Shown here: positions 18,799-27,624 of the stretch, piece after piece
Numbering within the stretch: the stretch's first letter is position 1
How the letters are laid out: each line of letters opens with the position of its first letter
Made by a program: the position numbers and the translations under genes
Virus record (IMG/VR): IMGVR_UViG_3300025120_010645
Span: 2,385-66,384 of that record
Source of the DNA: a virus
Strand: one strand, 5' to 3'
DNA: 64,000 nt
Notes under the pieces: generated by a model
Told to the model about the DNA's origin: nothing
Database searches by the model: none
Seen by the model: the letters and a program-made list of their open reading frames with translations, nothing else

Positions 18799-19134
18799 AT
18801 GAGTAACAAACTAGAAGAAATAGGAATCACTAAAAGAGATAGTCTCGTTAGTAAAAACTACTACAATAGTGAAAGTGATGCAAACAATTACGGCGCAACT
18901 CACACAAGAGCTTTAGCTGACGCAAAAACACCATTATACGGTAAAGGTACTGGTATCTTTTTAGACACATATAAAGGTGGTGGAGATTTTGACGTTAATG
19001 GTAACCCAGCTATTTCTGGTTCTGGTAGACTTGCAGCATTTGCAAATAATACATCCACATGGGGGTATGGGCCAACTAGTAATTATACCGCACCAGATAT
19101 GAGTAAAAATAAAGGTCAAGTAGTTATAGGTTAA
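18799..19134 (+). CDS. Hypothetical Gly-rich protein
   Basis: 111-aa ORF in the same operon. Confidence 0.7.
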   Translation: MSNKLEEIGITKRDSLVSKNYYNSESDANNYGATHTRALADAKTPLYGKGTGIFLDTYKGGGDFDVNGNPAISGSGRLAAFANNTSTWGYGPTSNYTAPDMSKNKGQVVIG

Positions 19135-19145
19135 AAAAAACTAAT

Positions 19146-19583
19146 ATGAAACTTTACAATATTTTCAAATCAGTTATATTAGAAGAACAAAAGCAATTGT
19201 TAACAGAAAACGTTAGGGATGAAATACTTAAAGCTATTGATTCTAAATATAACGTTTGGTTTAAATACAAAGATGACGACAACACCGTAACTGATAGATA
19301 TGTTCAAATATATGATTTGGGTATGTCTGCAAACAATAATGAAATGATAAGTGCGTACCAATTAGGAGGTAATATAAAACCAAGCAAAAAGGGTAATAAA
19401 GCTTATGGATGGAAACAATTTAGACTTGATAAGATTATAGACGGGTCAATAAAACCAGTTAGGGTCACTTATAAACAACCAGTTAGTGATTTACCATCAT
19501 ACGGTGCTGGACCCAAGTTTAACCCAAGCGGTAATAAAAATATGAGAGGTAATATAACAAAAGTAAATTTTAACGAAAAATGA
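19146..19583 (+). CDS. Stand-alone WYL-like domain protein
   Basis: AI...VWFKY....TDRYVQIY.LG...ISAYQ...WKQFRLDKI matches the WYL pattern; no HTH; N-terminal MKLYNIFKSVILEE..LLTE leader. Confidence 0.6.
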   Translation: MKLYNIFKSVILEEQKQLLTENVRDEILKAIDSKYNVWFKYKDDDNTVTDRYVQIYDLGMSANNNEMISAYQLGGNIKPSKKGNKAYGWKQFRLDKIIDGSIKPVRVTYKQPVSDLPSYGAGPKFNPSGNKNMRGNITKVNFNEK

Positions 19584-20161
19584 ATGCGATGCCACAACCT
19601 GCAGATTTAAGTAGACTAAAAGGAATTTTAGGTAAAGCTAAAAAAGTAATGAACACAGTAAATGAAGGTGGTTACCAAACTGGTAATATAGATTCTTCTT
19701 CATTAACTCAAAACACAGATAACTATACACAAACACCAGCTCAAGTGCAGTCTCAACATACTAATCAACCAACTGCTTATGCGCCAAATAATTCTGCACC
19801 AAAAGTTATTACTCAAGAAGCTATTAATAAGTCTGGAATGCCTGATGAAATAAAAAGAGCTATGATGGAAAATCAGATTCAACAACCTAATATGAATCAC
19901 TCATTCAGCCTAGATGACGTATCTGAACTTATAGAAGACAAACCAATGTCAGCTCCACCAACTAAAAGACCAGTTAATAAATCTAGTATTAGTCAACAAA
20001 ATGGTAATATTAATATTAACGAATCAAAACTTAGAGATATGATTAAAGATGTTTTAATTGAATACTTATCTGGTGATTATACTCAAAACTTAACTGAAGG
20101 TGTTATTAAAAAAACAATAAACACCTTAATTAAAGAAGGTAAAATTAAAACAAAAAGATAA
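19580..20161 (+). CDS. Hypothetical low-complexity protein
   Basis: 193-aa Gln/Asn/Pro-rich ORF, ATGA overlap with the previous gene. Confidence 0.7.
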   Translation: MNAMPQPADLSRLKGILGKAKKVMNTVNEGGYQTGNIDSSSLTQNTDNYTQTPAQVQSQHTNQPTAYAPNNSAPKVITQEAINKSGMPDEIKRAMMENQIQQPNMNHSFSLDDVSELIEDKPMSAPPTKRPVNKSSISQQNGNININESKLRDMIKDVLIEYLSGDYTQNLTEGVIKKTINTLIKEGKIKTKR

Positions 20162-20188
20162 TAAATTAATACGTTTAAAAAGATAATT

Positions 20189-20212
20189 AAGCCCATTTTT
20201 ATGGGCTTTTTT
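20189..20212 (+). terminator. Intrinsic terminator
   Basis: AAGCCCAT-TTTT-ATGGGCTT followed by a T-run. Confidence 0.8.
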
Positions 20213-20285
20213 ATTTATTAATAAATCTACTCACTATACTTTACTAATTATAATTAACACCTATTTTTATTCAAATTAAAAAGAT

Positions 20286-21599
20286 ATGGAAAGTTATAAA
20301 AAAGATAACAAAGTAACAGTAAAAACTAAATCAAAAATAAAGGTATTAGTTCACCCATCAGACAGAACAGGAGTTGGGTATTTTAGAAGTACTAAACCGC
20401 ATGTTACATTAGAAGAATTATACCCAGAAGAATTTCACATAGACATCGACTACACTCCAAGGTACAACGATGAAGGATGGCTTAAACAGTATGATATAAT
20501 TCACTACCATAGAACTTTTGGTCCATATGAAGAAATGGAAGAAACATTAAATAGATTGGATAAGTTAGGTATTGTTAGTTTCATGGATATAGATGACCAT
20601 TGGGCACCTGGACAACATCACCCAGCCTACACTATGATTAAAAATAGCGGTATGGATGTTAAAATTAAAAATAATATAAAATTAGCTAGAAACGTAATAA
20701 CAACTACTGACTTATTTGCGGACTTAATTAGAAAAACAAATCCAAATGTTTTTGTACTTCCGAACGCAATAGACCCAAAAGAATCTCAATATATTTCAAA
20801 AACAGAACCTTCAGACAGACTTAGAATAGGTTGGTTAGGAGGTTCATCTCACTTAAAAGACTTAGAGATACTTAAAGGTATATCTAGTAAATTAAAATAT
20901 GATGGACTAATAGACAAGGTACAATTTGTAATTTGCGGATTTGACCTAAGAGGTACAATTACAATGATTGACCAACAAACAGGAAATCAGACTCAAAGAC
21001 CAATCAAACCAAAGGAAAGTGTATGGTACCAGTATGAAAAAATATTTACAGACGACTACAACACAGTTAGTGAAGACTATAAAAACTTCTTACTTTCATT
21101 TAAAAAAGGAGAATATTCTGATGTAAAAAACGAACCATATAGAAGAGTTTGGACAAAACCTATTACCACATACGCTAGTAATTATAACTTATTCGATGTT
21201 TCTTTAGCGCCAATTGAAGAACACACCTTTAATAAGGTTAAATCTCAACTAAAGGTAATTGAAGCTGGTTTTCATAAAAAAGCTATGATAGCTCAAGACT
21301 ACGGACCATATCAAATCGACTTAATACCATACCTTAATAAAAGTAACGATAAAAAAATCCAAGAAAAAATTATCAACTCAGAAGGTAATGCGTTATTAGT
21401 TAAAACATCTAAAAACCACAAAGACTGGTATAAGAATATTAAAGCGTTAATAGAAAACCCAAGCATGGTTGAAGAACTAAGAAATAATTTACACAATACA
21501 GTTAAGGACACCTATAGTATAAATGCAGTTTGTAAAAGTAGAAAAGAATTATATGTTAATTCATTAATTAAAAAAGATATTTTAACTACTACCTTATAA
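20286..21599 (+). CDS. GT-B fold glycosyltransferase (GT4-like)
   Basis: DIDD, VLPNAID, RIGWLGGSSH..DL, DVSLAP...FNKVKSQLKVIEAG motifs. Confidence 0.8.
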   Translation: MESYKKDNKVTVKTKSKIKVLVHPSDRTGVGYFRSTKPHVTLEELYPEEFHIDIDYTPRYNDEGWLKQYDIIHYHRTFGPYEEMEETLNRLDKLGIVSFMDIDDHWAPGQHHPAYTMIKNSGMDVKIKNNIKLARNVITTTDLFADLIRKTNPNVFVLPNAIDPKESQYISKTEPSDRLRIGWLGGSSHLKDLEILKGISSKLKYDGLIDKVQFVICGFDLRGTITMIDQQTGNQTQRPIKPKESVWYQYEKIFTDDYNTVSEDYKNFLLSFKKGEYSDVKNEPYRRVWTKPITTYASNYNLFDVSLAPIEEHTFNKVKSQLKVIEAGFHKKAMIAQDYGPYQIDLIPYLNKSNDKKIQEKIINSEGNALLVKTSKNHKDWYKNIKALIENPSMVEELRNNLHNTVKDTYSINAVCKSRKELYVNSLIKKDILTTTL

Positions 21600-21615
21600 A
21601 ATAATATAATATTTT

Positions 21616-21647
21616 ATTGTTATTAAGTAATAAAATATGTACTTTTG
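21616..21647 (+). promoter_or_regulatory. Bacteroidota-type promoter ATTG-N20-TACTTTTG
   Basis: Upstream of the HD-like gene and dUTPase; implies the true start is ATG 21681. Confidence 0.6.
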
Positions 21648-21680
21648 AAATATATCATAAACTTAAAAAAAAGTAATAAT

Positions 21681-22235
21681 ATGTTAACAGAAGAAAAAAT
21701 TAAAAAAAACGTACAGAAATTTAACGAAACAGGTATTAAATATGGTGTTGTTAATAACGAATTAACAACACTACTTGGTATAGATTTTATTACCGCACCA
21801 TGTACTACCACAACAAAATTATATGGTGCCTATGAAGGCGGGTTAGTTCAACATATACTAAACGTGACCAAACACGCTATAATGATAAATAATTCTTTAC
21901 CTGAAAACAAACAAGTAAGTAAAGAAACTATTATTAGAGTATGCTTAATTCATCAAATAGGTAAAGTAAACATGTATTCGGAACAAACATCACAATGGCA
22001 CAAAGACAACAAGGGTGAAATGTATACATTTAATGAAGACTCTTTAAGTATGAGCACGTCTGAACGTTCAGTATTTTACGCTTTAAAATCAGGAATTAAT
22101 TTAACTGAAGATGAGGTTTACGCTATATTCAACTACAATAGTGATTTTGCTTATTGGTCATTAGATAAAGAAGGTGAGAAATTAGCGTCATTACTTAAAA
22201 CAGCTAATTTAATAGCAATAATTGAAGAAAAATAA
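21681..22235 (+). CDS. HD-domain-like (YhaM-type) protein with degenerate metal site
   Basis: AP...GAYEGGLVQHILNV and CLIHQIGK, where HD is replaced by HQ. Confidence 0.65.
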   Translation: MLTEEKIKKNVQKFNETGIKYGVVNNELTTLLGIDFITAPCTTTTKLYGAYEGGLVQHILNVTKHAIMINNSLPENKQVSKETIIRVCLIHQIGKVNMYSEQTSQWHKDNKGEMYTFNEDSLSMSTSERSVFYALKSGINLTEDEVYAIFNYNSDFAYWSLDKEGEKLASLLKTANLIAIIEEK

Positions 22236-22246
22236 AAGGACTACTT

Positions 22247-22873
22247 ATGAATGAAATAGAATCAGCTTATGAAGATATAAATGAAAAACTATCTAAAGCC
22301 ATTGACCCAACCGATAATTACACCTTGGAAGATTTTGACGAAGAATTTGGCAATGTTAATCACACGTTTGACCCGACACTTGGTGGTGGCGTAGTAACAA
22401 CACCCAAGTACGAAATTAAAATTAAAAACACATCTAAAAACGAAACACCTAAATACGAAACAGAAGGTTCGGCTGGATTTGACTTTAGAGCAAATTTGCC
22501 AAACAAGGGGGAGGTAATCATATTAGGACCTTCAGGTAGTGGTAACAATATCGCCATGGTACCAACTGGGTTACATTTTCAATTACCTCCAATTATGGAA
22601 CTTCAAGTAAGACCAAGAAGTGGTTTAGCCGCTAAGAAATCAATTACGGTTTTAAATTCTCCAGGTACTGTAGATAGTGACTACAGAGGTGAAGTTAAGG
22701 TAATTTTAATTAATCACGGAACTGAAGACTTTGTAGTAAACAACGGAGACAGAATAGCCCAAGGGGTTATCTCTTCAATATTTAGTATGGATTATATAGA
22801 TTTTAATCAAGTTAACGAGCTAGATGAAACAGAAAGAGGTTCTGATGGGTTCGGTAGTACAGGTGTAAAGTAA
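22247..22873 (+). CDS. dut: Trimeric dUTPase
   Basis: SAGFD, RPRSGLA, GTVDSDYRGE, RIAQ, RGSDGFGSTG (all five motifs). Confidence 0.97.
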   Translation: MNEIESAYEDINEKLSKAIDPTDNYTLEDFDEEFGNVNHTFDPTLGGGVVTTPKYEIKIKNTSKNETPKYETEGSAGFDFRANLPNKGEVIILGPSGSGNNIAMVPTGLHFQLPPIMELQVRPRSGLAAKKSITVLNSPGTVDSDYRGEVKVILINHGTEDFVVNNGDRIAQGVISSIFSMDYIDFNQVNELDETERGSDGFGSTGVK

Positions 22874-22879
22874 AGTTAT

Positions 22880-23026
22880 ATGTCAAAGGATAAAAAAATA
22901 AAGGAAAGTATAAAAAAAGTTGAGATTGAATTAGTTCACGAAGGTTATCTAGACGGCTGGCATATTAGATACTTAAAAGTTTTACTATATAAATTAAAAC
23001 GAAAATTAAATAGAAAAAATGATTAG
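22880..23026 (+). CDS. Small hypothetical protein (48 aa)
   Basis: MSKDKKIKESIKKVEIELVHEGYLDGWHIRYLKVLLYKLKRKLNRKND fills the gap exactly and overlaps the next start; below the ORF-track cutoff. Confidence 0.5.
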   Translation: MSKDKKIKESIKKVEIELVHEGYLDGWHIRYLKVLLYKLKRKLNRKND

Positions 23027-24107
23027 TATAGTATACTGCACAAGGGAGTCAAATCCAAAACATTCTGAACATTTGAGAAAATGTTCTGGAGAGTTGAAAA
23101 AAGTTGAAATAATTGAATACATAAATAAAGGTGAAGGGTTGACAAAGTTTTATCAAAAAGCTATTGAAGAAGCCAAGTATGATATCATTGTGTTTTGTCA
23201 CGATGATATTTTATTAGAGACCAACCAAATATGTAAAAAAATAACTAAACTATTTAACAACAATCCAGAGTATGGGATTATAGGTGTAGCTGGAACCAAA
23301 TACATGTCTGAAACTGGAAGATGGTGGGATGATAAGAAAAAGATGTATGGTAAGGTCAAACACACACATAACGGTAAATCTTGGTTATCTAGTTATAGTG
23401 GTGACTTAGGTAATGAACTAACAGAAGCAGTTATAGTTGATGGATTATTTTTTAGTGTACACAGAGCTAGAATTAAAAAGGGGTTTAATTTAGACGTTAA
23501 AGGATTTCATTTTTATGATGTAGATTTCTGTTTTAGAAACTACATTGAAGGAGTTAAAATAGGTGTACATACCAACGTCAGGGTTAACCATATGTCTATT
23601 GGTGAAACAAATCAAGAATGGGAAGAAAATAGAATTGTTTTTTCTGAAAAATATAAAGAAAATTTACCAGTTAAAATTGATAAAGAATTTAGCGGTAAAG
23701 AAAAATACAATGTTTTAGTGGCTGGTAAAACAATACTAGAAACTTTACCTTTGGTAGATAAATTAAAAGAGAAAAATTATAATATAACCGTAACTACACC
23801 TGTAGCTGAATCAGATAGAGTAAACTTAAAAAGATTAACTCAAAAAGGTGTTAAATTCACCCCAATTAATGAACCACCAGGTTACAAACTAGGTGATGGG
23901 GAATGGCAGATTAACACACCTAATGGTTTTATAAATTCAGAGACTAATAAACTATATAGAGTGTCTGAAGTTAAATTTGACTTAACCCATACAGTAGATT
24001 CAGAAATAGCTACTTACTTAAATAACTTATATCCAGATATACCTTGCGTCACATCTGAGGGTAATATAAATGAAATAGTAGAATCATATCAAAAAGAATT
24101 ATTATGA
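23019..24107 (+). CDS. GT2-like glycosyltransferase with C-terminal extension
   Basis: IIVFCHDD, GIIGVAG, VDGLF, FHFYDVDFC. Confidence 0.8.
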   Translation: MISIVYCTRESNPKHSEHLRKCSGELKKVEIIEYINKGEGLTKFYQKAIEEAKYDIIVFCHDDILLETNQICKKITKLFNNNPEYGIIGVAGTKYMSETGRWWDDKKKMYGKVKHTHNGKSWLSSYSGDLGNELTEAVIVDGLFFSVHRARIKKGFNLDVKGFHFYDVDFCFRNYIEGVKIGVHTNVRVNHMSIGETNQEWEENRIVFSEKYKENLPVKIDKEFSGKEKYNVLVAGKTILETLPLVDKLKEKNYNITVTTPVAESDRVNLKRLTQKGVKFTPINEPPGYKLGDGEWQINTPNGFINSETNKLYRVSEVKFDLTHTVDSEIATYLNNLYPDIPCVTSEGNINEIVESYQKELL

Positions 24108-24895
24108 TAAAAATACTTACGGGGTGGAGCAATAAAGGAGGGTCAACCTTTGCTTTTATGAACTTAATGAATGAATTTAACAAGGTAGGTATTAAATCAA
24201 AACTTTACGGACCACATGACTGGCACTTAGACAAATGTAACGGTGGTATGATAGGGGACTACACCCCAAAAGAAGAAGATGTGTTAATCACACACTTCTT
24301 AAACTTAGGTAATAGACCACCAGTTAAAAAAATAATACTATCTTGCCATGAAAAAGATGTTTTTGAGGTTGGTAATATAAGACCTTTTTGGGATAATGTT
24401 GTATTCTTAAATGAAAAGCAAAGAAAATATCATAAAGATTTTAGAGGAGGGTATGAGATAATACCAAATATAAAAGTACCATTTAAAAAAACCATAAAAT
24501 CAGAAAAAACATTAAAAACGGCTGGAATCATAGGTTCTTATGATGTTAATAAACGAACTCACATCTCAATTGAAAGAGCACTTGGCGATGAATTTGAAGA
24601 AGTTTTATTATTTGGTAACATATCTGACCCTAATTATTACAATGAATTCGTTAAACCTCTAGTTGATGCACATGAAAACGTTAAAGAAATGGGGTTTTTA
24701 TCTAACAAACAGGAAATGTATGATATGTTAGGTTGTGTTTATTTATCTTCTCGTAGTGAAGTAGCATCATTAGTTAAAGACGAGTGCTATTCAACTGGTA
24801 CCGAATTCAGAGGTAATCATGCAACAAATAATGACACTATAGAAATGACTAACGAAGAAGTTATTAATAAGTGGTTAAAAGTGTTAGAATTATGA
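24104..24895 (+). CDS. GT-B (GT4-like) glycosyltransferase
   Basis: GGST N-terminal loop, IIPN, GIIG...K, YLSSRSE..SLV..E. Confidence 0.7.
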   Translation: MIKILTGWSNKGGSTFAFMNLMNEFNKVGIKSKLYGPHDWHLDKCNGGMIGDYTPKEEDVLITHFLNLGNRPPVKKIILSCHEKDVFEVGNIRPFWDNVVFLNEKQRKYHKDFRGGYEIIPNIKVPFKKTIKSEKTLKTAGIIGSYDVNKRTHISIERALGDEFEEVLLFGNISDPNYYNEFVKPLVDAHENVKEMGFLSNKQEMYDMLGCVYLSSRSEVASLVKDECYSTGTEFRGNHATNNDTIEMTNEEVINKWLKVLEL

Positions 24896-25605
24896 TAATA
24901 TTAACAACGTTATACAATTCAGAAAACTATATAGAAAGGTGTATAGGTACAATGCTAATTCAAACACACAAAGACTTCAAGTGTTATATAACTGACGACA
25001 TGTCTACCGATAATTCAGTTAAATTAGCTAAAAAAATGACTGAAGGTGATGATAGATTTATTATTATAGAAAATAGTGAAAAAAAGTATCAACCAGGAAA
25101 CTATGACCAGGTTATCAGAGACAATCCAGAAATAGATGATAATGACATTTGTGTAGAACTAGACGGTGACGACTGGTTACCAGATAGAGACACGTTAAAA
25201 AGAGTCTTTAACACTTACTCAGACTCAAACGTTTGGGTGGCAAACGGTAGCTTTAAATACGCTAATGGTGCCAACGGATTTTCTCAAGAACAAAAAGACT
25301 TTGACAACTTAAGAAATGGCAGGTTTACTGCAACACACATGAGGACATGGAGAGCTTTTTTGTGGCGAAAAATAAATAAAGAAGACCTTAAGGATAGTGA
25401 TGGTGTTTTTTGGAAAATGACTGGTGATTTATCCTTTATGTTTCCCATGCTTGAAATGGCTGGGAAAAAACATTATAAATTTATGTCAGATATAAATTAT
25501 GTGTATAACGCAGACAATCCAATAAACGACCATAAAGTAGATTTAACACTAGTTAATGAAATTGCAGTTAAAATAAGAAATATGAAACCTTACAAGGAAC
25601 TATAA
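24892..25605 (+). CDS. GT2 glycosyltransferase
   Basis: TTLYNSENYIERCI, TDDMSTD, LDGDDWL; start moved to ATG 24892 (ATGA overlap). Confidence 0.9.
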   Translation: MIILTTLYNSENYIERCIGTMLIQTHKDFKCYITDDMSTDNSVKLAKKMTEGDDRFIIIENSEKKYQPGNYDQVIRDNPEIDDNDICVELDGDDWLPDRDTLKRVFNTYSDSNVWVANGSFKYANGANGFSQEQKDFDNLRNGRFTATHMRTWRAFLWRKINKEDLKDSDGVFWKMTGDLSFMFPMLEMAGKKHYKFMSDINYVYNADNPINDHKVDLTLVNEIAVKIRNMKPYKEL

Positions 25606-25606
25606 T

Positions 25607-26353
25607 ATGATTACATCTTTATTACAAGGGGGGTTAGGTAACCAAATGTTTCAAATATCAGTTGCGGTTGCAACCGCAAAAAGAATAGGTGTTGATTATG
25701 GATTTGATTTTAACTCATGTCATACACCAGGACAAGGAAACCCGTCTAACCAATATACAGAAACATTATTTAAAAATATAAAAAATAACCAAGTAAAGGG
25801 TATAACGATGAGGCATCATGAATCATCATTTAAGTACGTACCAATCCCATTAAAAGATAATACCATGCTAGTAGGTTTTTATCAAAATGAAAAATACTTT
25901 AAGGATTATGTTCATGAGATAAAAAACTTATTTAACATTCAACCAACTAAACTAGAAAAACACACGGACGGAACAACCGCAATACACGTAAGGCGTGGTG
26001 ATTTTTTAAAACACCCTAATTATCACCCAACATGTACTATTGAATATTATAAAAAAGCTATGAAAATAATAGGTAAAGGTGATTTTATATTTGTCTCAGA
26101 CGACATAGGATGGTGTAAAGACAATTTTAAGGGTGATAACATTAGATATTCAGACTTAACCAACGAAATTGATGACATGTCTTTAATTTGTTCTTGCGAT
26201 AACGCAATAATTTCAAACAGCACTTTCAGTTGGTGGGGAGCATATCTTAATAAAAATAAAAATAAAAAAATAATTGCACCTAAAAATTGGTTTGGACCCG
26301 AAGGACCTAAAGAACAGAACGATATAACACCAGAGTCTTGGATTAAAATTTAA
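25607..26353 (+). CDS. GT11 alpha-1,2-fucosyl/colitosyl-transferase-like
   Basis: GGLGNQMFQ, HVRRGD, VSDD..WC, NSTFSWWGAYL. Confidence 0.93.
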   Translation: MITSLLQGGLGNQMFQISVAVATAKRIGVDYGFDFNSCHTPGQGNPSNQYTETLFKNIKNNQVKGITMRHHESSFKYVPIPLKDNTMLVGFYQNEKYFKDYVHEIKNLFNIQPTKLEKHTDGTTAIHVRRGDFLKHPNYHPTCTIEYYKKAMKIIGKGDFIFVSDDIGWCKDNFKGDNIRYSDLTNEIDDMSLICSCDNAIISNSTFSWWGAYLNKNKNKKIIAPKNWFGPEGPKEQNDITPESWIKI

Positions 26354-26391
26354 TTTTATACACTAAAAACTTTTTTTTAAAAAAAAAGTGT

Positions 26392-26399
26392 TATATTTG
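26392..26399 (+). promoter_or_regulatory. Possible Bacteroidota -7 element TATATTTG
   Basis: In the 105-nt gap upstream of the DegT-family gene; no clear -33 element. Confidence 0.35.
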
Positions 26400-26458
26400 T
26401 TTAAGTGAATACAAATGTAAAAAAATAATCTGTTTAGTATAATTAACAACAACAACTT

Positions 26459-27607
26459 ATGAAAAAAATATGGTACGCCCCTTATAAATTTGAGTCTTAC
26501 GGTGAGGAAGAAATTAAAGCAGTTGAAGAATGCTTAAGAGATGGTTGGCTAGGAGGTCAAGGTCCTAAATCAACAGAATTTGAAAAAAAGATAGCAAAAA
26601 GGTTTGGAAAAAAACATGGTATATTTGTAAATTCAGGCTCATCAGCATGTTTACTTGCGATAGCTGCACTAGACTTACCGAAAGGTTGTAAAATAATTAC
26701 ACCTGCATGTACATTTTCCACTACATTAGCACCAATAATTCAATTAGGCTATGAACCGCTATTTGTAGATGTCGGTCTAAACACATATTGCGCTGAAGTA
26801 GAAGAAATTATAGCCGTAGTTAATGATGATGTAAAAGCAATTATGTTACCAAATTTAATAGGTAATAAACCTAATTGGAAATTACTTAAATCTAGGTTAA
26901 TAGAAATTAACCGTGACGATATTCTTCTGATAGAAGACTCAGCTGACACCATAACAACTACTGATATTACAGACGTATCTACAACAAGCTTTTACGCATC
27001 TCACGTAATAACTGCAGGTGGTGTTGGAGGTATGGTTATGTTTAATAATAAAAAACATGTAACTAAATGTTTACAATATAGAGACTGGGGTAGACTAGGT
27101 AACGATTCTGAAATAGTTGATGAAAGATTTAGTCATACAGTGGATGGTATACCATATGACCATAAGTTTCTTTATAGTGTTCTTGGATATCACATGAAGT
27201 GCAGTGAAATGAACGCAGCGTTTGGGTTAGTACAATTAAATAGATTTAAAGATTTCTCAGAAACTAGAAGAAATAATTTTGAGAGATATCTTGAAAATCT
27301 AAAAGATTTACCCGAAATAATACTACCAGACGACTCTATAAAACCGAATTGGCTAGCAATACCTCTACAAACTAACGATAGACTTGGACTGCTTACTTAT
27401 TTAGAATCACAAGACATACAAACTAGGGTGACATTTGCTGGTAACGTTACAAGACACCCAATTTATAGAAAATATCTAAAACCATTTAAGAATTCAGACA
27501 CTATTATGAAAAATGGATTTTTACTAGGGGCACATCACGGGTTATCTATCGATGACGTTGATTACGTATGTGATAAAATAAAAGAATTTTTTAAAAGAAA
27601 TAGGTAA
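26459..27607 (+). CDS. DegT/DnrJ-family PLP enzyme, RfbH(E1)/ColD-type NDP-4-keto-6-deoxyhexose 3-dehydrase
   Basis: VNSGSSA, IEDSAD, SFYASH (His at the usual Lys position), RDWGR, YDHKFLYSVLGY. Confidence 0.85.
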   Translation: MKKIWYAPYKFESYGEEEIKAVEECLRDGWLGGQGPKSTEFEKKIAKRFGKKHGIFVNSGSSACLLAIAALDLPKGCKIITPACTFSTTLAPIIQLGYEPLFVDVGLNTYCAEVEEIIAVVNDDVKAIMLPNLIGNKPNWKLLKSRLIEINRDDILLIEDSADTITTTDITDVSTTSFYASHVITAGGVGGMVMFNNKKHVTKCLQYRDWGRLGNDSEIVDERFSHTVDGIPYDHKFLYSVLGYHMKCSEMNAAFGLVQLNRFKDFSETRRNNFERYLENLKDLPEIILPDDSIKPNWLAIPLQTNDRLGLLTYLESQDIQTRVTFAGNVTRHPIYRKYLKPFKNSDTIMKNGFLLGAHHGLSIDDVDYVCDKIKEFFKRNR

Positions 27608-27624
27608 ATTAAAAATTAAACTTA

